Of a stretch of DNA of 64,000 bases, positions 39,150 to 50,700 are shown piece after piece. Under the pieces are notes generated by a model. The model was not told the origin of the DNA. It worked only from the letters and a program-made list of their open reading frames with translations, and did not search any database. Every line of letters begins with the position of its first letter. Positions within the stretch are counted from its first letter, which is position 1. Made by a program: the position numbers and the translations under genes. The stretch lies in the sequence record DRR723986_18836. One strand, 5' to 3'.

Positions 39150-39440
39150 TTACATAAACCCTTTAATCAATGATAGAAATATACTTGTTATTATACTATC
39201 TAAGATAAAGATGGTTAAAAGAAATTTTATATTGCTCACACCTCTTATTTTATAATATTTTAAGCGCTGTCTCAGGGTTCTGTCGTTGAGCATAATCCAT
39301 AATAAAAATGCTAAGAATAATTTTGTACACAATGCCAAAATCAATTCAGGATTAATAACTGTAATCGCTAAAGTCACTAAAAATGACCATAGAGCGAGCG
39401 GTTTGTAATAGTTTAGTATGGATGCAAATTGCCTAAGCAT
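39150..39440 (-). CDS. Small membrane protein, paralog of the neighbour
   Basis: Shares YK...WS, INP, TKLFL and DS.IT motifs with 38844-39131. Confidence 0.7.
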   Translation of the reverse strand: MLRQFASILNYYKPLALWSFLVTLAITVINPELILALCTKLFLAFLLWIMLNDRTLRQRLKYYKIRGVSNIKFLLTIFILDSIITSIFLSLIKGFM

Positions 39441-39554
39441 ATCATCTATAACGCTAAAACATAAAAAAATATTTTTTAAAAGGTGTTATCTCTAATACAA
39501 ACAAATAAAATCCATAAAAAATTGTACTTTTGAAATTCAATTTTTTGAAGAGAG

Positions 39555-40631
39555 ATGTTAGAGAAAATACAGATTGTTAAACAACGTTTTGATGAGGTGA
39601 ATGACCTTATTATTCAACCAGATATTATAACAGATCAAAAGCGTTACATACAACTCAATAAAGAATATAAAGACCTAAAACAAATAGTTGATAAGGGCGA
39701 AATCTATAAGGAGCTTTTAGGTAATATTTCTGAAGCAGAAGAGATCATTTCTGATGGTTCTGACGAAGAAATGGTTGATATGGCGAAAATGCAGCTAGAT
39801 GAGGCAAAAGAAGCACTTCCTAAGATAGAAGAGGAAATAAGGTTTCTGTTAATACCAAAAGACCCAGATGATGCTAAAAATGTTGTTGTTGAGGTGAGAG
39901 CTGGTACAGGCGGTGACGAAGCAAGTATTTTTGCTGGTGATTTATTCAGAATGTATTCTAAGTATTGCAGTGATAAAGGATGGAAAGTTGATGTAGTGAG
40001 TCAAAGTGATGGTACTTCTGGTGGATTTAAAGAAATAATTTTTGAAGTATCTGGAGAAGATGTTTACGGAACAATGAAGTTTGAAGCCGGAGTGCATCGT
40101 GTACAGCGTGTGCCACAAACCGAAACGCAAGGCCGTGTGCATACAAGTGCAGCCACAGTAATGGTTTTACCAGAAGCTGAAGAGTTTGATGTTGAATTAG
40201 ATATGACAGAAGTCCGTATTGAACGTACAACATCTACAGGTCCTGGTGGACAATCCGTAAATACAACGTATTCGGCAATTAAATTACATCATGAGCCAAC
40301 AGGTATGATTGTAAGTTGTCAAGATCAGAAATCATCTCATAAAAATTTAGAGAAAGCATTAAAAGTGTTACGCTCGCGACTTTATGAATTGGAGTTAGCA
40401 AAGAAACAAGCTGCAGATTCTGAAAAACGTAAAAGTATGGTGAGTTCTGGAGACCGAAGTGCTAAGATTAGAACATACAACTATCCGCAAGGTCGTGTAA
40501 CAGACCATAGAATAGGATTGACACTTTATGATTTATCAAACATCATAAATGGCGATATACAAAAAATAATAGACGAATTAATGTTAGCTGAAAATACTGA
40601 GTTATTAAAAGCTAACGACGATGTAATTTAA
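39555..40631 (+). CDS. prfA: Peptide chain release factor 1
   Basis: [20 protein letters not shown] (PxT), [13 protein letters not shown]. Confidence 0.98.
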   Translation: MLEKIQIVKQRFDEVNDLIIQPDIITDQKRYIQLNKEYKDLKQIVDKGEIYKELLGNISEAEEIISDGSDEEMVDMAKMQLDEAKEALPKIEEEIRFLLIPKDPDDAKNVVVEVRAGTGGDEASIFAGDLFRMYSKYCSDKGWKVDVVSQSDGTSGGFKEIIFEVSGEDVYGTMKFEAGVHRVQRVPQTETQGRVHTSAATVMVLPEAEEFDVELDMTEVRIERTTSTGPGGQSVNTTYSAIKLHHEPTGMIVSCQDQKSSHKNLEKALKVLRSRLYELELAKKQAADSEKRKSMVSSGDRSAKIRTYNYPQGRVTDHRIGLTLYDLSNIINGDIQKIIDELMLAENTELLKANDDVI

Positions 40632-40664
40632 ATATGAGCCTCTTTTTGAGGCTTTTTTTATAAA

Positions 40665-41486
40665 ATGAAAACAACCCAGCTTATCCAACAAATTCAAACA
40701 AAACAATCCTTCCTATGCATAGGATTAGATGTTGATTTAAATAAAATCCCACAACATTTATTAGAAGAAGACGATCCCATCTTCGCTTTTAATAAAGCCA
40801 TTATAGATGCAACGCATCAGCTTTGTGTGGCGTATAAACCAAATACTGCATTTTATGAAGCTTATGGTATTAAAGGATGGAAAGCGTTAGAAAAAACGAT
40901 TAATTATCTTAACAAAAAACATCCTGAAATTTATACTATCGCTGATGCTAAACGAGGAGACATAGGTAATACAAGTACCATGTATGCTAAAGCTTTTTTT
41001 GAAGATTTAGGCTTCGATAGTGTAACTGTAGCTCCATATATGGGAAAAGATTCGGTAGAACCTTTTTTGGCTTTTAAAGACAAATATACTATTCTTTTGG
41101 CTTTAACGTCTAATCAAGGCGCTTTTGATTTTCAGACTAAAACTGTCGATGGTGTTGAGCTTTACAAACAAGTTTTGGAGACCTCTAAATCCTGGAAGAA
41201 TTCAGAAAATCTAATGTATGTCGTTGGTGCGACAAAAGCAGAATTTTTGGCGGAAATTAGAAGAATCATTCCAGATAGTTTCTTGTTAGTACCTGGTGTT
41301 GGTGCGCAAGGCGGAAACCTTCAAGAGGTTTGCAAATATGGTATGAATGATTCTATAGGTTTATTGATAAATTCTTCACGTGGAATTATCTATGCATCTC
41401 AAGATGGCAATTTTGCCGAAGCTGCTGCTAAGAAAGCTAAAGAATTGCAACTACAGATGAAAGCTGAATTGAAAAGACATTCCTAG
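40665..41486 (+). CDS. pyrF: Orotidine-5'-phosphate decarboxylase
   Basis: [28 protein letters not shown]. Confidence 0.97.
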   Translation: MKTTQLIQQIQTKQSFLCIGLDVDLNKIPQHLLEEDDPIFAFNKAIIDATHQLCVAYKPNTAFYEAYGIKGWKALEKTINYLNKKHPEIYTIADAKRGDIGNTSTMYAKAFFEDLGFDSVTVAPYMGKDSVEPFLAFKDKYTILLALTSNQGAFDFQTKTVDGVELYKQVLETSKSWKNSENLMYVVGATKAEFLAEIRRIIPDSFLLVPGVGAQGGNLQEVCKYGMNDSIGLLINSSRGIIYASQDGNFAEAAAKKAKELQLQMKAELKRHS

Positions 41487-41488
41487 GA

Positions 41489-42277
41489 ATGATATTTACA
41501 GACCAACTCAATCGTAGAATTCAATTTAATAAAACACCAAAGCGAATCGTCTCTTTGGTCCCTTCGCTCACGGAACTATTAGTAGACTTAGGTTTAGAAG
41601 ATTCAATTGTAGGAGTTACTAAATTCTGTGTGCATCCCAAACACTTGCGACTATCTAAAATGCTGGTAGGTGGAACCAAACAAATTAATATTCAAAAAAT
41701 AATAGGCCTTCAGCCAGACATAGTATTATGCAATAAAGAGGAGAATACAAAAGAGATTGTTGAGGCTCTAGAGTTCATTTCATCGATACATATTAGCGAT
41801 ATTAAGAATCTCCATGACTGCTACGAATTAATACATATGTATGGTCAATTATTTAAAGTAGAAGACAGCGCTTCTGCTCTAATTAATGTTATTAAAAATG
41901 AAAGAAATCAATTTCAAAATAGTATAAAACAACAATCCAAACAAAAGGTGGCTTATTTTATTTGGAAAAAGCCATGGATGATTGCTGGATCTGGGACCTT
42001 TATTCATCATATGATTAAAGAAGCTGGATTTAAAAATGTATTTGAAAGCAAAGAGCGCTATCCAAAAATTGTGCTTAGTCATCCTAAGCTTAAAGACGCA
42101 GATAGATTATTGCTGTCAAGTGAGCCTTACCCTTTTAAACAAGACGATGTGTTAGCGTTAAAATCTGAGTTTCCTAAAGCTTCCATAGAGATTGTGGATG
42201 GAGAACTATTTTCATGGTATGGAAGTCGATTGCTAAAATCGTTTAAGTATTTTGAATCTTTTCATGATAGAAAATAA
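41489..42277 (+). CDS. Helical-backbone metal receptor (BtuF-like substrate-binding protein)
   Basis: RIVSLVPSLTE, VGGTK, DGELFSWYGSR. Confidence 0.85.
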   Translation: MIFTDQLNRRIQFNKTPKRIVSLVPSLTELLVDLGLEDSIVGVTKFCVHPKHLRLSKMLVGGTKQINIQKIIGLQPDIVLCNKEENTKEIVEALEFISSIHISDIKNLHDCYELIHMYGQLFKVEDSASALINVIKNERNQFQNSIKQQSKQKVAYFIWKKPWMIAGSGTFIHHMIKEAGFKNVFESKERYPKIVLSHPKLKDADRLLLSSEPYPFKQDDVLALKSEFPKASIEIVDGELFSWYGSRLLKSFKYFESFHDRK

Positions 42278-42359
42278 AAAAGTCGGTACCTTATTACAGT
42301 ACCGACTTCTAACTAACTAAGCTAATTCATTCAAGACTTAAAATAACTCATCTTTTGCA
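42274..42359 (-). ncRNA. Candidate small RNA
   Basis: CATCTTTG -7-like element at 42370-42363 and a GC-stem terminator whose U-tract is on the minus strand; no sizeable ORF. Confidence 0.4.
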
Positions 42360-42453
42360 TTACAAAGATGCTGACATTCTGTAGATTAAATGTTATATTA
42401 ATATTAGCATATAATTAAATGTTGTTTAATAACTTAGATTAAAACTACTAATC

Positions 42454-42963
42454 ATGAGAAATTTAACATCTATAATCGTCGTATTTTTATTCTCATTTTC
42501 CATGGTAGGACAAACTACAAATTGTGCGTGTTGTACAGAAAATCATACTGAGTTTGATTTTTGGATTGGTACTTGGGAAGTGACAAATCCTAATGGTACA
42601 AACGCCGGTGAAAATAAAATTGAAAAAGCACAAGGGAATTGTGTTTTAACAGAAAACTGGACTAGGGCCACACCTAGTTATACAGGAACCAGTACTAATT
42701 TTTATAATGCTAAAACGAAGCAATGGGAGCAAATTTGAGTTGATAACTCTGGTGGTATTTTACATCTTAAAGGACAAAAAGTTGGTAAACAGATGATTTT
42801 GCAAACCGATAAAGAAATCAATTCTGAAGGAAAGTCGTTTTTTCATCGTGTCACGTGGACTGATAACGATGATGGCACTGTGAGACAGTTATGGGAAACG
42901 ATTACCGAAGGAAAAGATATTGCTATTACTTTTGATGGCTTGTATAGAAGAAAGACTAACTAA
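42454..42963 (+). pseudogene. Secreted hypothetical protein with a nonsense codon
   Basis: FDFWIGTW...WEQI*VDNSGG...VRQLWE...FDGLY; TGA at 42736-42738, frame stays open to TAA at 42961-42963. Confidence 0.8.
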
Positions 42964-43153
42964 GTCTTAGTGAATGTTCTCCTACCACAAATTTAAGTTT
43001 ATTAATCTCATGAAGAACTAAAGTTGCTTTATATTCAGAAAAGTCACTCATAGCATGGTCCGACTCTCTTAAATTGTAAGCATCCTCAATAAGCTGAATA
43101 TATTTTTTCTTCAGCTTTAACTTTTTCTGGAGCAGTTTTTCTGAATTAGGCAC
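42956..43153 (-). CDS. Lacal_2735-like small protein
   Basis: L..KY..LIEDAYNL...D.A.SD pattern; GTG start. Confidence 0.7.
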   Translation of the reverse strand: MPNSEKLLQKKLKLKKKYIQLIEDAYNLRESDHAMSDFSEYKATLVLHEINKLKFVVGEHSLRLS

Positions 43154-43254
43154 AACAAATAATATTATAAAATAAATTTTGTTAATTTAATAAATAATTT
43201 GAAACAAACACTAATATTATTTAATGGATTGTTAATAGAGATGAAGGTTAATCG

Positions 43255-43967
43255 TTAATCTTGCAACGCAAATACCTTTTTTAGTAAATCAGTAGTACGA
43301 GAAGACACTTTAGTTCTAATTTCTTTTTCCTCAACAGCAATCATAGTATAAACACCTTTTAAAGCTTCATTGGTAACATAATCGGTAAGATCTGGATTTA
43401 CATTATTAGTTAAGGGTAAATCGTTGTATTTGGTTATTAAAGACGTCCAGATTTGATCTGCACCTACTTTTTTAAATGAATTATTTATAACAGGTTTAAA
43501 TTTATTATATAATTCTGTTTGAGTTTTAGATGTTAAGTAAGTGGTAGCCGCATTGTCATCACCTAGAAGAATATTTTTTGCATCGTTGAATGTTATGTCT
43601 TTAACAGCGTTTACAAAAATTGGTGTAGCTTCTTTTACTGCATCCTCTGCAGCTCTATTAAGTAATTTAAGTCCATCATCTGCTAAACTACTCAATCCTA
43701 TATTTCGTAAAGCTTTATCTACTTTTTTTAATTCTTCTGGTAAAAGGATTTTAACAAGTTCATTTTTATAAAAACCATCTTTCTGAGTTAATTTAGTTAC
43801 TTGTTTATCTATTCCTAAATCTAAGGCTTGTCTTAATCCTGAGGCAATATCTGCATTACTAAGACCACCACCAGACTGTGGTAAGGAATCTACCACTTGT
43901 TGTAATTCTGCACATGCAAATACATTTAAAGTAAGGAATAGGACAATAATTCTTTTATATATAACAT
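43255..43967 (-). CDS. DUF4197 family lipoprotein with a damaged start
   Basis: GLRQAL, LNRAAEDA, IAVEEKEIR; lipoprotein signal (VFAC) is in frame with the body, but the ATG at 43967 is out of frame. Confidence 0.8.
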
Positions 43968-44002
43968 GAGTATTTTATCTTTAACAAAGATAATTTTTAC
44001 TG

Positions 44003-44977
44003 TTGAAAACAAATCACATATTATATTTAATCGTACTTCTTTTAATAACGGCATGTACATCTGTAGTAAATAATGAAAATAATACGGATGATTCCAATGT
44101 AATTAAGAATAAAATATCTAATCAATATATAACAGTTTTAGGAGTGTCACAAGATGCCGGTTTTCCTCAAATAAATTGCGAAAAACCTTGTTGTAAAGAT
44201 TATTTTGATGAAAAAACAACATCAAAATTTGTTTCGTGCCTAGGGTTGATAGATAAAGATAACAATCAGAAGTGGCTATTTGATGCAACGCCAGATATTA
44301 AGGAACAAATCCACTTATTAAAAGATAAGCATTTATATAATAAGACCATTGTGGACGGTATTTTCTTAACACATGCCCATATGGGACACTATACAGGTTT
44401 AATGGAATTAGGTAGAGAAGCTTTGGGAGCTAGTAACATTCCGGTTTACGCAATGCCAAAAATGAAATCTTACCTAGAAACTAATGGACCATGGAGTCAA
44501 TTAGTTTCTTTAAATAATATTTCTATAAAACCACTAGAAAATGATTCTTTAGTACAATTGAATTCATCCTTAAAAGTGGTTCCGTTTTTGGTTCCTCATC
44601 GCGATGAGTTTTCCGAAACTGTAGGTTTCAAGATAATAGGGCAACATAAATCAGCATTGTTTATACCAGATATTGACAAGTGGGAAAAGTGGGAGCAAAA
44701 TATTATTGACGCAGTTAAAAATGTAGACTATGCGTTTTTAGATGCCACATTTTTTACCAATGGTGAATTAGAACGAGATATGAGCGAAATACCACATCCA
44801 TTTATAACTGAAACTACAACTTTATTTGAGGATGAAAGATTAGAGACTAGAAATAAAATTTATTTTATTCACTTTAATCATACAAACCCAGCATTAAGTG
44901 AATCACATCATTTAAAAGATAGTATTATAAATATTGGATTTCGTTTTGCTAAACGAGGAGATAATTTTGAGCTTTAA
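44003..44977 (+). CDS. MBL-fold metallohydrolase lipoprotein (PqqB-like)
   Basis: LG..QDAGFPQ.NC, THAHMGHY, VPHRDE, HFNHTN. Confidence 0.85.
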   Translation: MKTNHILYLIVLLLITACTSVVNNENNTDDSNVIKNKISNQYITVLGVSQDAGFPQINCEKPCCKDYFDEKTTSKFVSCLGLIDKDNNQKWLFDATPDIKEQIHLLKDKHLYNKTIVDGIFLTHAHMGHYTGLMELGREALGASNIPVYAMPKMKSYLETNGPWSQLVSLNNISIKPLENDSLVQLNSSLKVVPFLVPHRDEFSETVGFKIIGQHKSALFIPDIDKWEKWEQNIIDAVKNVDYAFLDATFFTNGELERDMSEIPHPFITETTTLFEDERLETRNKIYFIHFNHTNPALSESHHLKDSIINIGFRFAKRGDNFEL

Positions 44978-45061
44978 ATAACGTTAAAATAAAATAGTAA
45001 TTAGAAATTGTTATTTTTAGCACAGTATTTGATTATCCATTAGTGAATTATTTAATTCATT

Positions 45062-46192
45062 ATGAGTGGTTTTATTAAGAAGCGCTTTTTATTAATTATA
45101 ATTTGCATTCTAACAGCATTTTATTCTTATAGCCAAATTAAGGTATCTGAATTTCTTCAGAAATCTAAAATTGCTTCACCAGACAACAACAAGTTATACT
45201 TTGTAGACTTTTGGGCAACTTGGTGTGTACCATGTATTACTGCGAAAGAACACTTAAAAGTATTACAGCGTCAGTTTCCAGATGATTTTTATGTGGTGTC
45301 TTTATCTAGTGAAAATCTAGTAAAAGTTGAACGATTTTTAGAGAAAAAACCAAATGATTTAGCAGTAGCGATTGATTATAATAAAGAAACCTTTGGTAAG
45401 TATAATGTAAATGTTTTACCAGCAGGAGTTCTGTTTAATGCCAAGGGAAAAGTACTTTGGGAAGGTGGTGCTCCAGATCTAAAGAAATATATGGTAGAGA
45501 GGTTTTTAAGACAACAAACGGCAAGAACATCTTTGAGTACTTTTTTTAATGTTGTTTCTGTAGAAGAAGATTCACCAGAAGAATATATACCTACCGAATT
45601 TCTAGAGATTAAGCCATTAGGCTCGGAATTTGATGAATTGTCTGTAGTAGATAATAGTAATTACTTAAAATTAACAGGTTCCTTAAAGTCTATTATTGGT
45701 TATTTAGCTCGTATTTACAAAAATCAAATAGTAATAGTAGATGACGTTAATACTAACTATGAGGTGTATTTTAAAAAGCCATTAAATCCAAGTGAAAATT
45801 TAGCGTATAAGCTAATTACACAAATGAACTTGGGTGTAAAGCGCACCTACAGCAAAGGAGAAGGAATTAGTTTTAAAGTAGAAACACCAAAGTTTTGGGA
45901 TACAAATCAAATTGATTGGGGAAAAAATAATGCCAAATATTTAATTGGAGACTCCCAATTAAAAGGAGATAATGTATCACTTAAGGATATTGCATACCAG
46001 TTGGCTTACGTATTAGATATGCCTGTAATAATACCAGATGATAGTGAAATAAGTTTAACACCACACGACTGGGATTTTCATTATAAGTTCTTTCAGTTAA
46101 TGCAAACTGATTTAGAAGATAATTATGGTATTAAGGCTGAGAAAACAGAAGTATCTTATCCTGTTTATCACATACAAAAAAAAGCTCCCTAA
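45062..46192 (+). CDS. TlpA-like thioredoxin-domain exported protein
   Basis: Signal peptide, DFWATWCVPC. Confidence 0.8.
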   Translation: MSGFIKKRFLLIIICILTAFYSYSQIKVSEFLQKSKIASPDNNKLYFVDFWATWCVPCITAKEHLKVLQRQFPDDFYVVSLSSENLVKVERFLEKKPNDLAVAIDYNKETFGKYNVNVLPAGVLFNAKGKVLWEGGAPDLKKYMVERFLRQQTARTSLSTFFNVVSVEEDSPEEYIPTEFLEIKPLGSEFDELSVVDNSNYLKLTGSLKSIIGYLARIYKNQIVIVDDVNTNYEVYFKKPLNPSENLAYKLITQMNLGVKRTYSKGEGISFKVETPKFWDTNQIDWGKNNAKYLIGDSQLKGDNVSLKDIAYQLAYVLDMPVIIPDDSEISLTPHDWDFHYKFFQLMQTDLEDNYGIKAEKTEVSYPVYHIQKKAP

Positions 46193-46203
46193 GGAGCTTT
46201 TTT
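46177..46203. terminator. Bidirectional terminator
   Basis: AAAAAAGCTCC-ctaa-GGAGCTTTTTT. Confidence 0.8.
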
Positions 46204-46232
46204 AATTTTAAAACTTAATATAGACGATATTT

Positions 46233-46489
46233 TTAGTTACTTAAAACTCTAAATTCTGTACGTCTGTTTCTTTGGTGTTGTCCTTCAGAACAATCTACTC
46301 CATTAGAACATCTGTTTGTTAAACGAGTTTCACCAAATCCTCTAGCAGTTAATCTACTTCTTTAAATTCGTCCTTAGTAATACATTTTACGTAGCATTTT
46401 CCTGGTTCAGGATTCGTTGGTAAGCCTTGTGCCTAAGAAAATCCTATCCCAGCGATAAAGCAGACTAATAATAATAGTTTTTGTTTCAT
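46233..46489 (-). pseudogene. OmpA-family protein remnant (large internal deletion)
   Basis: Signal peptide with TAG at 46433-46435, then LPTNPEPGKCYVKC joined out of frame to the OmpA C-terminus RLTARGFGET...HQRNRRTEFRV. Confidence 0.85.
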
Positions 46490-46726
46490 AAAAAAAAATA
46501 GTTAATGGTTATAGTTTAATAAATTCGTATGTGCATAATACTTTACACATATCATTAGACACACGTAAATTGCATGAGTCACATTTTAAAATGAAGTTAG
46601 GGGGTGTCGTAACTAGAATTTGATAGAATTTTTAAAGTCAAATAATAAATTCTCACTACGAATATTAAAAGTATGAATTATTAATATAAAATTAACATAT
46701 GTTAAGAAAAAATAGTAAAAAATATT

Positions 46727-47581
46727 TTAGGTAAATATTACAGTTTTGTTGTTATACACCATAACTTTTCTGTTAGTATGAAGCTTAATAGCATTAGAAA
46801 GAACTATTTTTTCTAGGTCTCGACCTTTTAAAATTAAATCTTTAATAGAATGTGCATGAGAGACATGAGAAATATCTTGTTCAATTATGGGTCCTGCATC
46901 AAGTTCTTCAGTAATATAAAGACTTGTTGCTCCAATTATCTTTACACCTCTCTTATAAGCAGAGTGGTAGGGTTTAGCACCAACAAAAGCTGGTAAAAAA
47001 GAATGATAAATATTAATGATTTTATTTTCATATTTCTCAATAAGAAGATGAGATATAATTTGCATATATCTGGCCAGTACAATAAAGTCTATATTATGTT
47101 TTTCTAAAAGTGCCAGTTGTTTTAATTCAGCTTTATGTTTTGTTTCTTTTGTTACAGGAATATGATAAAAAGGAATATTAAAGTTATCTGCAATAGGCTT
47201 TAAGTCTAAATGGTTACTTAAAATAAATGGAATTTCAAGGAAAAGTTCATGAGAATTATATCTACCTAAGATATCATAAAGACAATGATCATATTTAGAT
47301 ACAAATAATGCCATTTTTGGCTTTTTATGAGCAGAATAAATACGCCAATTAAGTTGAAATCTATCAGCTAATGACTTACTAAATAGTTCTTTAAAATTAT
47401 TGATAGAAAAGGATTTAGAATGAAATTCACACTCCAATCGCATAAAAAATATATTCTGCTCTCTGTCAACATATTGGTCGATGTAAACAATATTACCACT
47501 ATTGTCAGCCATAAAATTAGTTACAGAAGCAATAATGTTTGGCTGGTCTTTACAATGAATAAGCAAAGTAATTTTGTTCAA
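46727..47581 (-). CDS. purU: Formyltetrahydrofolate deformylase with active-site substitutions
   Basis: ACT domain, VSKYDHCL, LARYMQI, LDAGPIIEQ; INIYHSFLP and GATSLY deviate from the INIHHSFLP and GAT.HY consensus. Confidence 0.9.
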   Translation of the reverse strand: MNKITLLIHCKDQPNIIASVTNFMADNSGNIVYIDQYVDREQNIFFMRLECEFHSKSFSINNFKELFSKSLADRFQLNWRIYSAHKKPKMALFVSKYDHCLYDILGRYNSHELFLEIPFILSNHLDLKPIADNFNIPFYHIPVTKETKHKAELKQLALLEKHNIDFIVLARYMQIISHLLIEKYENKIINIYHSFLPAFVGAKPYHSAYKRGVKIIGATSLYITEELDAGPIIEQDISHVSHAHSIKDLILKGRDLEKIVLSNAIKLHTNRKVMVYNNKTVIFT

Positions 47582-47724
47582 AAATACATCTTGTTATTAA
47601 GGCTAAAATAGCTAAAATACCTATCTGAATTAACTTTAAGTAATTATTATATAATTGATGATTTTTGAATTATTTTTTTGAATATTCCGTAAATTTGTTC
47701 CTCAATTAAGCTATAATTTTACGA

Positions 47725-50700
47725 ATGGAACAAATTGCACCTTATAAACCAAAACATAAAGTTAGAATTGTAACAGCCGCATCTTTATTTGATGGGCATG
47801 ATGCAGCTATAAACATTATGCGTAGAATAATTCAATCTACGGGAGTAGAGGTTATTCATTTGGGACATGATAGAAGTGTAGAAGAAGTTGTAAATACTGC
47901 AATACAAGAAGATGCTAATGCGATTGCAATGACATCGTATCAAGGAGGTCATAATGAGTATTTTAAGTATATGTATGATTTGTTACAGGAAAAAGGTGCT
48001 GGCCATATAAAAATCTTCGGTGGAGGAGGTGGTGTAATACTTCCTGAAGAAATTAAGGACTTAATGGATTATGGGATAACCCGTATATATTCACCTGATG
48101 ATGGTCGCGAAATGGGTTTACAAGGCATGATTAATGATTTAGTTAAACAGTCTGATTTTGCCATTGGTGACCAACTCAATGGAGAAGTTAAGGTGCTAGC
48201 AGAAAAGAACCCTAAGTCAATAGCACGAGTTATTTCAGCTGCTGAAAATTTTCCAGATGTGGCTAAGGATGCTTTAGAATCCATTCATAATAAAAACAAA
48301 AACTCAAAAACACCAGTTTTAGGAATTACAGGAACTGGTGGTGCTGGTAAGTCTTCATTAGTTGATGAATTAGTACGACGATTTTTAATAGATTTTCCTG
48401 AGAAAACTGTTGGTTTAATTTCTGTTGACCCTTCAAAACGAAAAACTGGTGGAGCATTACTTGGAGATAGAATTAGAATGAATGCTATCAATTCACCAAG
48501 AGTGTATATGAGAAGTTTGGCTACACGTCAATCTAATTTGGCACTTTCTAAATATGTTAACGAGGCTGTAGAGGTTTTAAAAGCAGCAGAATACGATTTA
48601 ATTATTCTTGAAACTTCTGGTATTGGACAATCTGATACTGAAATACTAGAACATAGTGATGTTTCTCTTTATGTAATGACACCAGAATTTGGTGCTGCTA
48701 CGCAACTAGAGAAAATAGATATGTTAGATTTTGCAGACCTTGTGGCAATTAACAAGTTTGATAAAAGAGGTGCATTAGATGCATTACGTGATGTAAAGAA
48801 ACAGTACATGCGTAATCATAATATGTGGCATGCAGATCCTAATACTATGCCTGTTTTTGGTACCATTGCTTCACAGTTCAATGATCCTGGAATGAACACG
48901 TTGTATAAAGCAATAATGGATAAGGTTGTTGAAAAAACGCAAGCAGATTTAAAATCTACATTCGAGATTTCTAAGGAAATGAGTGAGAAGATTTTTGTGA
49001 TACCTCCTGCGCGTACACGTTACTTGTCTGAGATTGCAGAAAATAATAGAGCATATGATAAAACGGCAAATGTACAGGTAGAGGTTGCTCAAAAATTATA
49101 TGGTATATACAAAACACTAGAGTCTGTACTTGGTGAAGCTCCGCGTTTAGATAAATCTGGAATTGATTCAGAATCTGTCAATTCTAATGAAGTTGAGAAT
49201 AAAGACTTTGTTAGAATGTTAGTTTCAGAATTCGACCGTGTAAAGTTAAATTTAGATCCTTACAATTGGGAAATAGTCACAGGTTGGGATGACAAAGTAA
49301 ATCGTTACAAAGCTCCAATTTATTCTTTTAAAGTAAGAGATAAAGAAATAAAAATAGATACTCATACAAAATCGTTGTCTCACACAGATATTCCTAAAGT
49401 AGCATTACCAAAATATGAAGCTTGGGGAGATATATTAAAATGGTGTTTACAAGAAAATGTACCAGGCGAATTCCCATTTACTTCTGGCTTATATCCATTT
49501 AAGCGTACAGGTGAGGATCCTACACGTATGTTCGCTGGTGAAGGTGGTCCAGAGCGTACCAACAGACGTTTTCATTACGTAAGTTTAGGTATGCCAGCAA
49601 AACGATTGTCTACAGCTTTCGATTCGGTAACCTTATATGGAAATGATCCAGATTATAGGCCAGATATTTATGGTAAAATCGGAAATGCTGGTGTAAGTAT
49701 TTGCTGTTTAGATGATGCTAAAAAACTCTATTCGGGCTTTAATTTAGCAGATTCAATGACATCTGTGAGTATGACTATTAATGGTCCTGCACCGATGTTA
49801 TTAGGGTTTTTTATGAATGCAGCTATTGACCAACAATGTGAGATTTATATTAAGGAAAATGGTCTTGAAAAGGAAGTAGAACAGAAGATTGAAGCTATAT
49901 ATAAGGGCAAAGAACGACCAAAATATAATGGCGATTTACCAGAAGGTAATGATGGACTAGGATTGATGCTTTTAGGCGTTACAGGAGATCAGGTTTTACC
50001 ATCAGAAATTTACGAGGAAATTAAAGCAAAGACTATTGCTCAGGTAAGAGGAACAGTGCAAGCAGATATATTAAAGGAAGATCAAGCTCAAAACACTTGT
50101 ATTTTTTCTACAGAATTTGCTTTACGTTTAATGGGTGATGTACAAGAGTACTTTATTGATAATAATGTTAGAAACTTTTATTCAGTTTCTATTTCTGGTT
50201 ATCATATAGCTGAGGCAGGGGCAAACCCTATAACTCAATTAGCATTAACATTATCTAACGGATTTACTTATGTAGAATACTACCTAAGTAGAGGTATGGA
50301 TATTAATAAATTTGGACCAAACTTATCATTCTTTTTCTCAAATGGTATAGATCCGGAATATGCCGTTATTGGTCGTGTAGCACGTAAAATATGGGCAAAA
50401 GCCTTGAAGCACAAATATGGAGCTAATCCAAGAGCACAAATGTTGAAATATCATATTCAAACTTCAGGACGTAGTTTACATGCTCAGGAGATTGATTTCA
50501 ATGATATACGAACAACGCTTCAAGCCTTATATGCACTTTATGATAATTGTAATTCATTACACACAAATGCCTATGATGAAGCTATTACTACACCTACAGA
50601 AGAGTCTGTGCGTAGAGCAATGGCAATTCAATTAATTATCAATAAAGAATTAGGTTTAGCAAAAAATGAAAATCCTATACAAGGTTCATTTATAATTGAA

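Noticed and set aside
47582..47724. Cobalamin riboswitch near icmF or the BtuF-like gene; fluoride riboswitch near crcB
   Set aside because: The intergenic regions are short or AT-rich with no recognisable cores; crcB and the BtuF-like gene are operon-internal.
49174..49200. Degenerate REP-like insertion in the IcmF linker
   Set aside because: The resemblance is from memory and too degenerate to support; there is no second copy in the window.
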